Assembly: GCA_003154195.1 (NCBI GenBank)
Contig: PMCS01000024.1
Span: forward strand, 64,028-128,027
DNA from: Candidatus Omnitrophota bacterium
Lineage (GTDB): Bacteria > Omnitrophota > Gorgyraeia > Duberdicusellales > 4484-171
Direction: 5' to 3'
Length of the DNA stretch: 64,000 nucleotides
In this document: piece by piece, positions 37,133-48,300 of the stretch
Layout of the letters: each line of letters begins with the position of its first letter
Numbering within the stretch: the first letter of the stretch is position 1
The notes under the pieces: model-generated
What the model saw: only the letters and a program-made list of their open reading frames with translations
What the model was told of the DNA's origin: nothing
Databases searched by the model: none
Position numbers and translations under genes: made by a program

Positions 37133-37558
37133 CTATTTTTCCCAAGTTGCCGTAATCTTATTAGTTATCCCACCCCTCGCCGTAAACTCCCCCGTAATCG
37201 TCATCCCCCACGGCCCTACCGCTTTCGCCAAATCCTCCAGTATTTTGTTCACCGCGTGCTCGTTATAGACCTTGACGTTACGAAACGCAACCAGGTAATA
37301 CTTAAGCGATTTGAGTTCGATGAGTTTTTTCCGGGGAACGTAGCTTATCGTCAATTTCGCGAAATCCGGCAGGCCGGAAAACGGGCAGACACAGGTGAAT
37401 TCATCGCATTTGGTTTCAATATTGATCTTTCGTTGGGGATACTCGTAGGGGATGCTTTGAAGAATCGTAGAATCGATATCGGATATCTTGTAAAATTTCC
37501 CGATTGTCTTTAACGCCTTTTTTTCGATATCCACGGATGACCTGTCTTTGTATATCAT
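37133..37558 (-). CDS. queF: NADPH-dependent 7-cyano-7-deazaguanine reductase (unimodular QueF)
   Basis: Catalytic Cys context FTCVCPFSGLPDF and QueF motif ELKSLKYYL; 141 aa. Confidence 0.85.
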   Translation of the reverse strand: MIYKDRSSVDIEKKALKTIGKFYKISDIDSTILQSIPYEYPQRKINIETKCDEFTCVCPFSGLPDFAKLTISYVPRKKLIELKSLKYYLVAFRNVKVYNEHAVNKILEDLAKAVGPWGMTITGEFTARGGITNKITATWEK

Positions 37559-37604
37559 AATCCATCTCCTCGTTAAACCACTAAACTCAAACTATGCCTA
37601 CTGC

Positions 37605-38609
37605 CTATTTTTTCCCAAAAACAGAAATCGGAGCCGTGTAGTGCCCGGCGACGATGATTTCCTTCGCGCCATCGCCGTTAATATCGCCGAAGGCGATAGA
37701 ATCGATCCAAGTCGGATAATTGTAATTCCACAAAAGTTCTCCGTCTTCGTCAAAAACAAGAATCATGGTTTCTCCGACAAAATCGCCGGGTTGCGGTACT
37801 AAAATAACAGTTTCCATTTTACTATCGTTAAATAAATCAACCTTAGAAACATTCCTGTTCGAAAAATCGTAAGCTTTCTGGTTGATGACAAATTTCCCAG
37901 AAGGTTTACTCATGAAGCCATCGTCAGCTTCAATGATTTTTTGGTAAAGCGGATCATCTGGGGATATCTCAACTAATTCCCTATCTTTAATGTCTTGTTG
38001 ATTAATTTTGAGGGAATAAACATGATTTTCATTAGTAAAAGCCAGACCGGTTACCGCTAAAAGCTCATTGACGCCATCGCCATCGATATCCCGAATAAAA
38101 AGTTTCTTGGTCTGCCTTGATTTTACAGGAAATTCTTTTATCAACTGACAGTTACGATCAAATATTTTAAGCCGATAGCTATTCGAATCGTATATATCAG
38201 CAAGCGCGATAGTCACTAATTCTTTTTTCCCGTCATTATTGAGGTCCGCAGTAATCAATTTCTCAACAGAATTATCAGAATCCCCTGCGAAACATTTAGC
38301 TTTTAAAGTCCAGTCGGCGCTGCGAACATAAATATTCCCGTTGTTCTCATTGCCGCCGGTTTTATAAACTATCTCGATCTTGCCGTCGCCGTCTATATCG
38401 TCAACCAGCATGGAATTGGCGTAAAACTCCTTGGGAAATTCTTTTAGCAAAGCAAAATTAATCTTATTAACTGGTTGTTCTGAAAACACTTCTGAATCGG
38501 CATGTTTGCCGAGATTGTCTTGTCCGAAGGCGCTCATCAAAGCAAGATAATAAAAAACTGCCGAAACAATAATCGCCAAATTTATTTTATATAGCTTATT
38601 AATTTTCAT
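37605..38609 (-). CDS. secreted FG-GAP/VCBS-like repeat (beta-propeller) protein
   Basis: Signal peptide; repeated Ca-binding-like DIDGDGKIE / DLNNDGKKE / DIDGDGVNE / DINGDGAKE motifs. Confidence 0.5.
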   Translation of the reverse strand: MKINKLYKINLAIIVSAVFYYLALMSAFGQDNLGKHADSEVFSEQPVNKINFALLKEFPKEFYANSMLVDDIDGDGKIEIVYKTGGNENNGNIYVRSADWTLKAKCFAGDSDNSVEKLITADLNNDGKKELVTIALADIYDSNSYRLKIFDRNCQLIKEFPVKSRQTKKLFIRDIDGDGVNELLAVTGLAFTNENHVYSLKINQQDIKDRELVEISPDDPLYQKIIEADDGFMSKPSGKFVINQKAYDFSNRNVSKVDLFNDSKMETVILVPQPGDFVGETMILVFDEDGELLWNYNYPTWIDSIAFGDINGDGAKEIIVAGHYTAPISVFGKK

Positions 38610-38646
38610 TCTCCCTCCTGTTTGAACGCCAGGGCTTTAGTTTTAG

Positions 38647-39387
38647 TCAAAAAATTCTCGCCTCTCCCGGCGCTTCCAAAAAAATACTATACTCAAGATG
38701 ATGCGCCAGGAATTTTTCTAAAATATTGATGATTTTTTTTTCGCAGCTGCCGCTCAGGCTAAGACGAAGAGCTTTCGCGAATTCCGCTTCCTGGATGTAG
38801 CGCATCGACGAAGCGACGTCGCCGCTTATTTTTCTGGCGTCGGCGGCGCGCGCCGAGCAGCGCGGGCAGAGAAGCCCGCCATGGGACACGCTAAAGGAAA
38901 AAACGCCGCCTAATTTACCGGCACATGAGATACAGGCGTTGAACTCCGGTTTCAGCCCAGAAAGAACCAGGTACTTAAGTAAAAATATACACATGACTTT
39001 GCGTTCGTTGTGGCGCATCAGCGCTTCGAGGCTTTCCGCCAGCAAATAAAAAACTTCCGGGTTTTTATCCCACAGCGGCATGGTGCTGTCGATCAGATTA
39101 AGAAAGACCGCCGCGACGCGCGTCTTGCCGATGCTTGTCCGCGTATAGGGATAATCCTGGAGGAGTTCCGCGAAAGAAATCAGCCAGATCTCGCGCCGCT
39201 TGGGATAAAAAATAAATTCATTAAGCGTGAACGGTTCGAGAGTCGAACTGAATTCTTTTTTCTGGGTGTAAAATCCTTTGCAGATACCGACAATTTTGCC
39301 TAAATTTTTGGTATAAATATTGGCGATGACGCTGGTATCGCGAAAATTATAGCGGGATAAAATAAATCCGAGGTCTTTTTGTACCAT
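38647..39387 (-). CDS. recO: DNA repair protein RecO
   Basis: OB-fold N-domain and C-terminal zinc motif CISCAG...CPRC; about 245 aa. Confidence 0.8.
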   Translation of the reverse strand: MVQKDLGFILSRYNFRDTSVIANIYTKNLGKIVGICKGFYTQKKEFSSTLEPFTLNEFIFYPKRREIWLISFAELLQDYPYTRTSIGKTRVAAVFLNLIDSTMPLWDKNPEVFYLLAESLEALMRHNERKVMCIFLLKYLVLSGLKPEFNACISCAGKLGGVFSFSVSHGGLLCPRCSARAADARKISGDVASSMRYIQEAEFAKALRLSLSGSCEKKIINILEKFLAHHLEYSIFLEAPGEARIF

Positions 39388-39418
39388 ATTTTTTTACTGC
39401 GTAAAAAAATATATCCTT

Positions 39419-39437
39419 CATCCGCTTCGCGGATGAA
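39419..39437. terminator. REP-like palindrome TCATCCGCTTCGCGGATGA
   Basis: Read directly; lies between the ybeY start and recO, flanked by A/T runs. Confidence 0.55.
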
Positions 39438-39528
39438 AACATATTATAGATATTTTAAAACCCCGCCTTTCTTCCATATATTTGAATATTAACCGGAAAA
39501 ATGCCTTAAAGCATTTTTCCGGCCTCTT

Positions 39529-40023
39529 TTAACCTTGATAACGCTTTAGCGTTATTAAGGTTAAAAGCGCGTTTTGCTTCTTCTCCATCCTCGCCCGTTC
39601 CTTTTTCGTTCCGTCTTTGTAGCCGAGTAAGTGCAGGATACCGTGAATAATGTAAAGCCACAGCTCTTCCTGCCAGGTATGGCCGTATTCCGGCGCGGCG
39701 GCGACGGCTTCCGGGACACAGACGATAACTTCGCCGATACTGTCATCATATCGATCAGCCAGGGGAAAAGCGATGACGTCGGTCGGGTTATCGCAGCCGA
39801 AGGCCTTTCTATTCAGCTGCCTGATAAATCCCCGGCCGCAGAAAACAAGCGATACGCTTCCCGAAGAAATACCGAGGCTCTTCAGGATTTTTTTTACGCC
39901 TTGGCGCAAAAGATTATTGCCCAGCCTCTTCTTTTGCCGATTTATTATCTCAATCATATTTTTTGCTTCCAAACTGTGTCTCAATGCCCTTACTTCTAAA
40001 ATAAAAAAGCAGGATGGCGACAC
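39529..40023 (-). CDS. ybeY: rRNA maturation endoribonuclease YbeY
   Basis: HGILHLLGYKD metal-binding motif (H..H....H). Confidence 0.85.
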   Translation of the reverse strand: MSPSCFFILEVRALRHSLEAKNMIEIINRQKKRLGNNLLRQGVKKILKSLGISSGSVSLVFCGRGFIRQLNRKAFGCDNPTDVIAFPLADRYDDSIGEVIVCVPEAVAAAPEYGHTWQEELWLYIIHGILHLLGYKDGTKKERARMEKKQNALLTLITLKRYQG

Positions 40024-40033
40024 AGTTTGTCAG

Positions 40034-40140
40034 CAAAAAATATCCGTCATCCGCTTCGTCCCGATGCGCCTGAATATCGCGAAAATCTCCTTCGGATATT
40101 TTCGCGAGGCTTCTGGGGCTCCACTTACGCTTCGCGGATA
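40034..40140. repeat. about 105-bp nested-hairpin repeat, copy 2
   Basis: See 35715-35820; lies between the 7TM-HD gene and ybeY. Confidence 0.7.
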
Positions 40141-40312
40141 AAAGAAAAATATTACTTTTGCTCAGAACCAATCTTCCGGCCGTATCCAGCCAAAAAATAA
40201 GGGAAAGTTTGCTCGCTAAAAGTTAGAAACTTTTGGCGAAGTCTCGCCGTTAGCGGAAAAACCGCAAGGTTTTCATTTATCTACCCAGCACTAATTTTTG
40301 CTATAGAAAAAA

Positions 40313-41728
40313 TTAGTGCTGGGTAGTAGGGTAATTTATCCGGGCATGGAAAAGAGCGTTAAGCGTCCTGATAAAACTCTGAGATATTTTTTCCAGGTCT
40401 TTCAGGGTCAGGCGGCTTTCGTCAAGTTCGCCGTCGGCAAGCCGCGCTCGAATGATCTCTTTAACCGTTTCTTCGATCCGGGAAGGATTGGGCTCATCGA
40501 GCGTCCGCGAAGACGCTTCAATGCTGTCAGCCAGAGCAACGATAGCGGTTTCTTTGTTTTGCGGCTTGGGGCCGGGGTAACGGTATTCTTCTTCATCCTG
40601 ATAGTTCTCGCATTCCAATTCTTTAGCGCGGTGGTAGAAATACTGGACCACGCTTCGGCCGTGATGCTGCATAATAAAATCGATGATCCGGGGGTTAAGG
40701 CGATATTTGTTTGCCAGGTCTACCCCATCTTTGACATGATTAATAATAATCAGCTTGCTCATCGACGGTTTAAGGTCTTTATGGCCATCGTGGTAACCAA
40801 TCTGGTTTTCAATAAAATAATGGGGCTTGTTGATTTTACCGATATCATGATAGTAGGCGCCGACGCGGGCCAGCAAAGAATTCGCGCCAATACTTTCAGC
40901 CGCAGCTTCGCTCAAGTTTGCCACAACCAGGGAGTGCTGATATGTTCCCGGGGCTTCCAGAATCATGGTCTTTAAAAGCGGGTGGTTAGAATCGGACAGT
41001 TCCAAGAGCGAGATGTTCGTCACTACTTTGAAGACATATTCGAAGATATACAATACCCCGGTGACGATTATCGGCAGCAGCACTATGGTTATCCCGAACG
41101 ACACCCCTCCGATCAGCAGGGTCGATAGCGCGAATTTCTGAGACATGATGAATAAATTATCGGAGTTTTCCAGCATAAAAGCGATAAAAAATACAAGGGA
41201 TGAGAAAAACGCGGCTTTAACGATTTGCGAACGGCGCCTCAGCCGGTAGCTGGCCATGGCGGCGGATAACGAAGCGCAGAATATCGCCGTGCCGGTACCG
41301 AAATTTTCTCCTTCCATCGTCGCGCTGAAAATCGACATGAAGATCGAGAACATCAACGACAGCTCAAGGTTATCAAAAAGCACCGCGATAATCATGGAAA
41401 ACCCGATGGCGGAAATACCCAGCGCGGAGAATTTCAATATATTTAGATTGACCAAAGCCAGGTTACTGAAAAAAATAGGGGTCAAAAATAACGAAATCGC
41501 CAGAAAAACAATCATAATCAAACCTACCAGCAGGAGAAAATCTATTGACGGCGGCAAGTTTTCTATTTTTTTGATAAATTTAGCGTAAGCGTAAAGAATC
41601 GCCAGGGCCAGAAGCGGAGAAAGGTTTATTGAATACAGCCATAGGGTAAAACCAGCGGCGATAAAAAAAATAAGCGGCACGATACACGGAACAAAGCTAT
41701 ACTTTTTTCTGGTTGGCGAAATTTTCAT
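40313..41728 (-). CDS. 7TM receptor with intracellular HD phosphohydrolase domain (7TMR-HD, YqfF/PgpH-like)
   Basis: Multiple N-terminal TM helices; HD domain with YYHDIGK and HHG motifs. The 7TM-HD / ybeY / recO neighbourhood is conserved as in Firmicutes. Confidence 0.75.
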   Translation of the reverse strand: MKISPTRKKYSFVPCIVPLIFFIAAGFTLWLYSINLSPLLALAILYAYAKFIKKIENLPPSIDFLLLVGLIMIVFLAISLFLTPIFFSNLALVNLNILKFSALGISAIGFSMIIAVLFDNLELSLMFSIFMSIFSATMEGENFGTGTAIFCASLSAAMASYRLRRRSQIVKAAFFSSLVFFIAFMLENSDNLFIMSQKFALSTLLIGGVSFGITIVLLPIIVTGVLYIFEYVFKVVTNISLLELSDSNHPLLKTMILEAPGTYQHSLVVANLSEAAAESIGANSLLARVGAYYHDIGKINKPHYFIENQIGYHDGHKDLKPSMSKLIIINHVKDGVDLANKYRLNPRIIDFIMQHHGRSVVQYFYHRAKELECENYQDEEEYRYPGPKPQNKETAIVALADSIEASSRTLDEPNPSRIEETVKEIIRARLADGELDESRLTLKDLEKISQSFIRTLNALFHARINYPTTQH

Positions 41729-41897
41729 AGGTAAACCCCGTTAGAGAACTTCGTTCTCTAACGGCATTGCGCGACGGCGGCATTAAACCGCCGTCTGCTT
41801 CCGGATATATACCACCGACTCCATCGGCTTGTCCCGTTAGAAGCGTACTTCTAACGGGATGAACTTTCTCTAACGGGGTAAAGCCGACCGGCCGCTT

Positions 41898-43298
41898 TCA
41901 GCGGCCGGGTTTTCCCTTTTCTTCTTCGATTACCTTGATGCTGAGTTCTTTTAATTGCCGTGGTTCAACCGTCGACGGCGCCTGAGACAAGGGACAGGTG
42001 CCTTTTTGCGTTTTAGGAAAAGCAATCACGTCGCGGATGCTTTCCGAACCAGTGACGATGGCGCACAGCCGGTCCAGGCCGAAGGCTATCCCGCCGTGCA
42101 CGGGAGCGCCATATTTAAAAGCGTCCAGCAGAAAACCGAATTTTTTCTTCGCGTCGTCATCGGATATCCCGAGAATACTGAATATTTTAGCTTGAAGGGA
42201 ACTGGAGTGAATTCTTATCGAGCCGCCGGCGATTTCGTTTCCGTTTAAAATAAGGTCATAGGCCCGGGCACGGACTTTCGCGAATTCTCCGTTTTCCAGC
42301 AACGGAATATCTTCCGGTTTAGGTGAAGTGAACGGGTGGTGGCAGGCTTGCCAGCGTTTTTCTTCATTGTTATATTCAAAAAGAGGAAAATCAACAACCC
42401 AGAGAAAACGAAATTCCCCCTCTCCGGCGTCGGGCTTATCTGACTTGTATTTTTCCATCGCCTCTTTATAGGGCAGCCGTAAAAACGGCGTTTTTATTTC
42501 CTTGCCCAGCGCTTCCTTAAAGGTATAGGCGACCAGTTCTTCGATTAAAGCAATAATATCTTCTTCGTCGATAAACGATAATTCCATATCCAGCTGGGTG
42601 AATTCCGGCTGGCGGTCTTTTCTTAAGTCTTCATCCCGAAAACAGCGCGCCATTTGATAATAACGGTCGATACCGGCAACCATCAATATTTGTTTAAAAA
42701 GCTGGGGCGACTGGGGCAAAGCGTAGAATTGTCCGGGCATCAGGCGCGAGGGAACCAGAAAATCGCGCGCGCCTTCCGGCGTTGATTTGGTAAGAAAAGG
42801 TGTCTCGATCTCCAGGAATCCTTTATTGTTCAAAAAGTTACGCAATGTCTGGCTGAGTTTGTGGCGAATAATTAATTTATTTAGCATGCTGGGCCGCCGG
42901 ATATCGAGATAGCGGTAAGCCAGCCTTGTTTCTTCGCCCACATCGATATTGTCATCGACCGAAAACGGCAAATCGCCGCAATTATTTATTATTTCCAGGC
43001 TCTGCGCCAGCATTTCTACGTAACCGCTGGCCAGCTTGGGGTTTTCTGTTCCCGCCGGCCGCAGGTTGATAATGCCCTTGAGCCTTATGACGTCTTCATT
43101 CCTTAATTTTTTTGCCTTATCATACATCTCTTTATCGGGTTTAGGCAGGAAAATCACCTGAACCAGGCCATAGCGGTCGCGGATATCGATAAAAATAACT
43201 TTTCCGTGGTCGCGGCGGTTGGCTACCCATCCGCAAAGAGCCACTTCCTTGCCTACCAGTTCCTGCCTGATATCTCCGCACGTGTGAGTCCGTAACAT
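41898..43298 (-). CDS. aspS: aspartate--tRNA ligase, bacterial type but lacking the GAD insertion domain
   Basis: N-terminal OB fold, class II motifs (FRDEDLRKDRQPEFTQLD, GGSIR...); KSDKPD is followed directly by ...RFLWVVDFPLFE, where E. coli AspRS has a GAD domain of about 125 aa. 466 aa. Confidence 0.9.
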   Translation of the reverse strand: MLRTHTCGDIRQELVGKEVALCGWVANRRDHGKVIFIDIRDRYGLVQVIFLPKPDKEMYDKAKKLRNEDVIRLKGIINLRPAGTENPKLASGYVEMLAQSLEIINNCGDLPFSVDDNIDVGEETRLAYRYLDIRRPSMLNKLIIRHKLSQTLRNFLNNKGFLEIETPFLTKSTPEGARDFLVPSRLMPGQFYALPQSPQLFKQILMVAGIDRYYQMARCFRDEDLRKDRQPEFTQLDMELSFIDEEDIIALIEELVAYTFKEALGKEIKTPFLRLPYKEAMEKYKSDKPDAGEGEFRFLWVVDFPLFEYNNEEKRWQACHHPFTSPKPEDIPLLENGEFAKVRARAYDLILNGNEIAGGSIRIHSSSLQAKIFSILGISDDDAKKKFGFLLDAFKYGAPVHGGIAFGLDRLCAIVTGSESIRDVIAFPKTQKGTCPLSQAPSTVEPRQLKELSIKVIEEEKGKPGR

Positions 43299-43511
43299 TG
43301 CAACCTCCTTTAAAAAATTTGGTTCTGTTAAAAATTAACCACAGAGGCCACAGAAAAATTATTAAAACTAACGAGTTGCAGATATTTTATTTATCTTTAT
43401 CTCTGCGTACTCAATCTACCAGTTTTTTATATTTTTCCTAAATTTGCCAATGTGGGAAGTTATAAACCTTTTCAAATACAAAAACAGGTATTTATATGAG
43501 AACGCAGAGAT

Positions 43512-44774
43512 TTAGTTTTTCTCTGAGTTCTCTGTGGTAAAATTTTTTATTTTATTTGTAAGATCGTCTATTTTCACTTTTTCCTGTCCCGATGTCTGCA
43601 TATTTTTAAGCATCACGCAATTTTCTTTGATTTCTTCATCGCCCACCAGCACTACATAGCGGACGCCCAATCGTTGCGCGTAACGGAATTGCCCCTTTAA
43701 CGATTTTTCGCAATGGTCGGTTTCCGTGTTGATGCCGGCGTCGCGCAGCTGTTGTGTAATCATGAAGGCCGGGGATTGCATCGCCGGGCTGGTAGCGGCT
43801 ACATAGACAGCAACAACCGTTTCATTTTTCGGTTCCCCCAGCGCGATCAGCATACGTTCGATCCCCAGGGCAAATCCGATTGCCGGAATTGACGGCCCGC
43901 CAAGGCGTTCCACCAGCGTATCGTAACGGCCGCCGGCGCCAATCGCGTCCTGCGCGCCTAAACGTTGGGAAGTAAACTCAAAAACAGTTCCGGTATAATA
44001 ATCAAGCCCTCTGACCAGATAGGGGTCATAAACAAAGGCTACCCCTGCTTCCTTAATCAGGCGCCCTAAATCGTCGAATCTATCCTTGCAGGGGGCGCAC
44101 AGATGTGCCCCCTCAAGATTAAGCCCTTTAACAATATTTTTGCATTTATCATTTTTGCAATCGATGATCCGCAGGGGATTTTTTTCCCGGCGCCGCCGGC
44201 AATCTTCGCATAAATGGCCGGCGTGCTCCCGGATTCTTTCTACCAGCAAGCGCGAAAACGCTTCTTTATCCCGCAAACAGCCCAAGGTATTGATTTTCAG
44301 CTCAACTTCGCCGACTCCGGCCTGCGCCAGAATCTGGGAAGCGGTTTTTATCACCTCAGCATCGAGCGATACGCGGTGAGAACCGAATACTTCCACGCCG
44401 ATCTGATTGAATTGGCGCAATCTCCCCCTTTGCGGCCGTTCGCCCCGGAACATCGAACCGATATAAAAAAATTTATAGAAATCGCTTTGCTTATGCAGTG
44501 AATTTTCCAGAAAAAACCGGACGGTTTGCGCCGTGCCTTCGGGCCGAAGAATAATATTATCCTTGCCTTCGATCTTGAGCATTTGCCGCTCAACGATATC
44601 CGTTGCTTCGCCCACGCCCTTACGAAATACCCCCTCATCTTCCAGCACCGGCAGGATGATTTCCTGATAGGCGTACCGTTCCAGTACCGCGCGGGCATCC
44701 CCGACCAGGTTGTTGAATTGCCGGGCTAACGCCGGGTGATAATCTTGAGTGCCTTTAACACCTGTATAAATCAT
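43512..44774 (-). CDS. hisS: histidine--tRNA ligase
   Basis: MIYTGVKGTQDYHP N-terminus, class II motifs, Cys-rich insertion, C-terminal anticodon-binding domain. Confidence 0.9.
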   Translation of the reverse strand: MIYTGVKGTQDYHPALARQFNNLVGDARAVLERYAYQEIILPVLEDEGVFRKGVGEATDIVERQMLKIEGKDNIILRPEGTAQTVRFFLENSLHKQSDFYKFFYIGSMFRGERPQRGRLRQFNQIGVEVFGSHRVSLDAEVIKTASQILAQAGVGEVELKINTLGCLRDKEAFSRLLVERIREHAGHLCEDCRRRREKNPLRIIDCKNDKCKNIVKGLNLEGAHLCAPCKDRFDDLGRLIKEAGVAFVYDPYLVRGLDYYTGTVFEFTSQRLGAQDAIGAGGRYDTLVERLGGPSIPAIGFALGIERMLIALGEPKNETVVAVYVAATSPAMQSPAFMITQQLRDAGINTETDHCEKSLKGQFRYAQRLGVRYVVLVGDEEIKENCVMLKNMQTSGQEKVKIDDLTNKIKNFTTENSEKN

Positions 44775-44962
44775 TTTTTTAAAGTTTTGACTTAGGCAAT
44801 GGCTACGGCAAAGATGCCGGTATAAAAACTTGGCTAGGGTAAGGGTAACGATGCCCGTATGGATATGGCTATGGTTGGGTCTTAAAATTCGTATCAGCCC
44901 TTCCCCTTACCTTTGCCCAAACCGGCTTCCTTGCCCTAACCTTAACCATATATTTTTTAATA

Positions 44963-45241
44963 TTATTGTTTCAACATTATCCCCTTCATTCCCATGCCGG
45001 GTTTAAAGACGACTTTATACCGCTCCGGAACAGAAACAACCGCTCCGGTTTTGGGGTTTCGGGCAATGCGACGCTTGCGCTTTTTAACCGCAAACACGCC
45101 GAAGTGACGCAATTCGATACGCTCGCCGTTCCTAAGAGCAGCCATAATCACATCGAATGTTTTCTGTACTACCCCCATCACCACGACTTGCTTTATTCCG
45201 GTTTCCTGAATAATTTTTAAAACAATATCACGCTTACGCAT
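44963..45241 (-). CDS. HU/IHF-family DNA-binding protein
   Basis: Classic HU fold sequence (GERIELRHFGVFAVKKRKRRIARNPKTGAVVSVPERYKVVFKPG). Confidence 0.85.
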   Translation of the reverse strand: MRKRDIVLKIIQETGIKQVVVMGVVQKTFDVIMAALRNGERIELRHFGVFAVKKRKRRIARNPKTGAVVSVPERYKVVFKPGMGMKGIMLKQ

Positions 45242-45384
45242 GTCTCCTCCCTTTCTCGTATTTTAAAATAACAACCATCGACACTAGACTTAGAATTGTT
45301 ATTTTTTGTAACTCCAATTATACCAGACTGTTGCATAACTTCTATATTAATTTTTCCGGCTTGACTAACGGCAAGCCGGAAAAA

Positions 45385-48300
45385 TCATAACGTCAACGCC
45401 AAGTTACCCGCGCCAACCAGGGCACCGATTTCTTTTAAATTTTCCTGAGTAGGGCTGAGGCCGATATTGACGCCGCTTTTGATTTTTAATCCCTGGAATT
45501 TAGAATCCCTGAAAACAAACAGTACCGGCACCGTACCTTTATTACTGGCAAAAATATTTTTTAATTCCGCGATCGGCAATTTATTGTTTTCGATAAAAAT
45601 ACGGATATCTTTCAGATGAGACATGAGCTGGTCTATAGGAATGACCCGTTCGACCAGAATCTTGGGAATTTTATCTTTCGCTTCAAGCTTTCCTTTTATC
45701 ACCAGGATTGATTTTTCGTTTAAATACTGCGCGGTTTGCTCGAAGAGCTTAGGAAAAACAAACGCTTCCACGCCGGCAGTTTCATCCTCAAGTTTGAGAA
45801 TCGCCATCCGCGCACCGGTTTTTTTTGTCAAGATCACTCTTACTTTATCCAAAATCGCGCAAATATTTATTTCCTGGCGGGTTTCCTGTTCATACAGCGA
45901 TGCGATCTCATCCCGTTTTATGTATTTGATAAATTCGGCGTAGGAAAATAAAGGATGGCTGGTGACATAGAGGCCCAGCAGAGTTTTTTCGAAGCTTAGA
46001 ATCTGTTCCATCGGCCATTCTTCGATCTCGGGGATACTTTTATCTTTTTTTGTTTCAAAAAAGGTCAACTGCGAAGCATCGATTTTTTTCCCGTCTTTAG
46101 TGAGCAGCCGGTCCATCAGTGCCATCATTTGCGCTCGCTTCAGGCCGAAACTATCCATCGCGCCGGATTTTATCAGGCTTTCGATAACTTTTTTATTAAC
46201 GGTGCGGGAATCGACGCGGTCGGCGAAATCAAAAATATCTTCGAATTTTTTTTCTTTGCGGACGTTTAGAATACTCTCTAAAGCCGCAGCACCGACATTT
46301 TTTATCGCCATCAGCCCGAAACGGATATTGTTATCGTCGGTTACCGTAAAATTGGTGAAGCTGATATTGACATCCGGCGGCAGGATTTTAATTCCCATAT
46401 TACCGGCTTCATTTACATATTCCACTACTTTATCGGTATTATTTCGTTCACTGGTCAGTAATGCCGCGACAAATTCAACCGGGTAATTCGCTTTTAAATA
46501 AGCGGTTTGATAGGAAATCATCGCGTAAGCGGCGGAGTGTGATTTGTTAAAGCCATAACCCGAAAAGAAATCGATTAAATCGAATATTTGATTGGCGATA
46601 TTAATGTTTATATTATTTTTTTTACATCCTTCGACAAACGATGTTCTCTGCTCTTCCATTATTTCGGGTATCTTCTTTCCGATGGCTTTACGTAAAAGAT
46701 CAGCCTGGGCCATACTGAAGCCCGCAAGTTTGGAAACGATCTGCATGGTTTGTTCCTGATAAAGAATGATCCCGTAAGTCTCGTTCAGAACTGATTCCAG
46801 TAAAGGATGCAGATAAGTAACTTTTTTTCTGCCTTGTTTGCGTTCGATGAAATCGTCGACCATGCCGCTTCCCAAAGGGCCGGGGCGGTAAAGAGCGAGC
46901 ACCGCGATTAAATCTTCGAAACGCGTAGGGTTAATCTTGCGCAGGATTTCCCGCATCCCCCGGCTTTCCAGTTGGAAAACGCCGATGGTTTTTGCTTCCA
47001 CGAGAAGCCGAAAAGTTTTTTTATCGTCAAGCGCCAAGGAATCGATATCAATATCGATTCCCCTGGTACGTTTAATAATTTTTGAAGTATCGGCGATCAC
47101 CGTCAAGGTCTTCAAACCCAGGAAGTCCATTTTCAGCAAACCGGTTTTTTCCAGCGACTCCATGTCAAAACCGGTTACCAATTCGCCTTCGCTACCGCGG
47201 GACAAAGGGGTCCTCTCGATCAGCGGCCGGTCGGATATAACTACGCCGGCGGCGTGCGTCGAAGCATGGCGCGACAGGCCTTCCAGCCTCACGGCGACAT
47301 CGATGAGCTTTTTTATCCGCTCATCGGTTTTATAAATTGCCGCCAGTTCCGGCGTATTTTTTATCGCTTCATTAAGGGTTACCTGGTGGCCGATAATCTG
47401 AGGTATCATTTTCGCTATTTTATCAACTTCGCTATACGCGAAATCCATGGCTCTTCCTACATCGCGGACAACCGCTCTTGCCTGCATTGTTCCAAATGTT
47501 ATTATCTGGGCTACATTATCTTTGCCGTATTTTTGCGCGACATATTCGATAACGCGGCTGCGTTTTTCATAGCAGAAATCCATGTCGATATCGGGCATGG
47601 AAATCCTGGCAGGATTTAAAAATCTTTCAAAGAGAAGATTATATTTTAATGGGTTGATGCTGGTAATACCAAGCAAGTAGCTTACGATACTGCCGGCGGA
47701 CGAGCCTCTTCCCGGCCCCACCGGAATATTATTTTCTCTGGCAAATTTTATAAGGTCCCAGACAATCAGGAAGTAACTGGGAAAACCCATCTTATTGATA
47801 ACGCCCAGTTCATAATCGAGCCGGTCGTTAATTTCTTTTGAAGCGCCCGGAAAACGCCGGGGCAGATTTTCATAACAGATTTTTTTTAAGAGTTCCTCAT
47901 CGGATTGGCCATGGGGCAGGGGAAAATGGGGAAGGTGGAATTTCGAAAATTCCATCGTAAGGTTACACTTCTGAGTTATCTCGAGAGTATTTTTGACCGC
48001 CTGAGGTATTTCGGCAAAGATCGATTTCATTTCCGCGGGGCTGCGAAAATAAAAGGTATCGCTGCTGAATTTAAAACGTTTGGGGTCGGAAATGGTTGTC
48101 TGGGTTTGGATGCATAACAATACTTCGTGGGCAAATGAGTCGCTGCGGTCAAGATAATGCACGTCGTTGGTCGCGACAACCGGGATATCTAACTCCCGGG
48201 AGATCTTCATCAGGCATTGGTTTACTTTTACCTGCTCGGCTATCCCGTTTTCCATTATCTCCAGGTAAAAATTGCCTTTGCCGAAAATGTTCAGATAGTC

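Noticed and set aside
37559-37604. Possible preQ1 riboswitch upstream of queF
   Set aside because: Only 46 nt separate queF from the upstream gene. The leader (CAGUAGGCAUAGUUUGAGUUUAGUGGUUUAACGAGGAGAUGG) has an SD but not the preQ1-I stem-loop plus A-rich tail consensus.
44780-44960. T-box leader upstream of hisS
   Set aside because: No recognisable T-box consensus (AAUUAGGGUGGUACCGCG) or specifier-loop architecture; the structure there is a GT/CA-rich imperfect palindrome reported separately.
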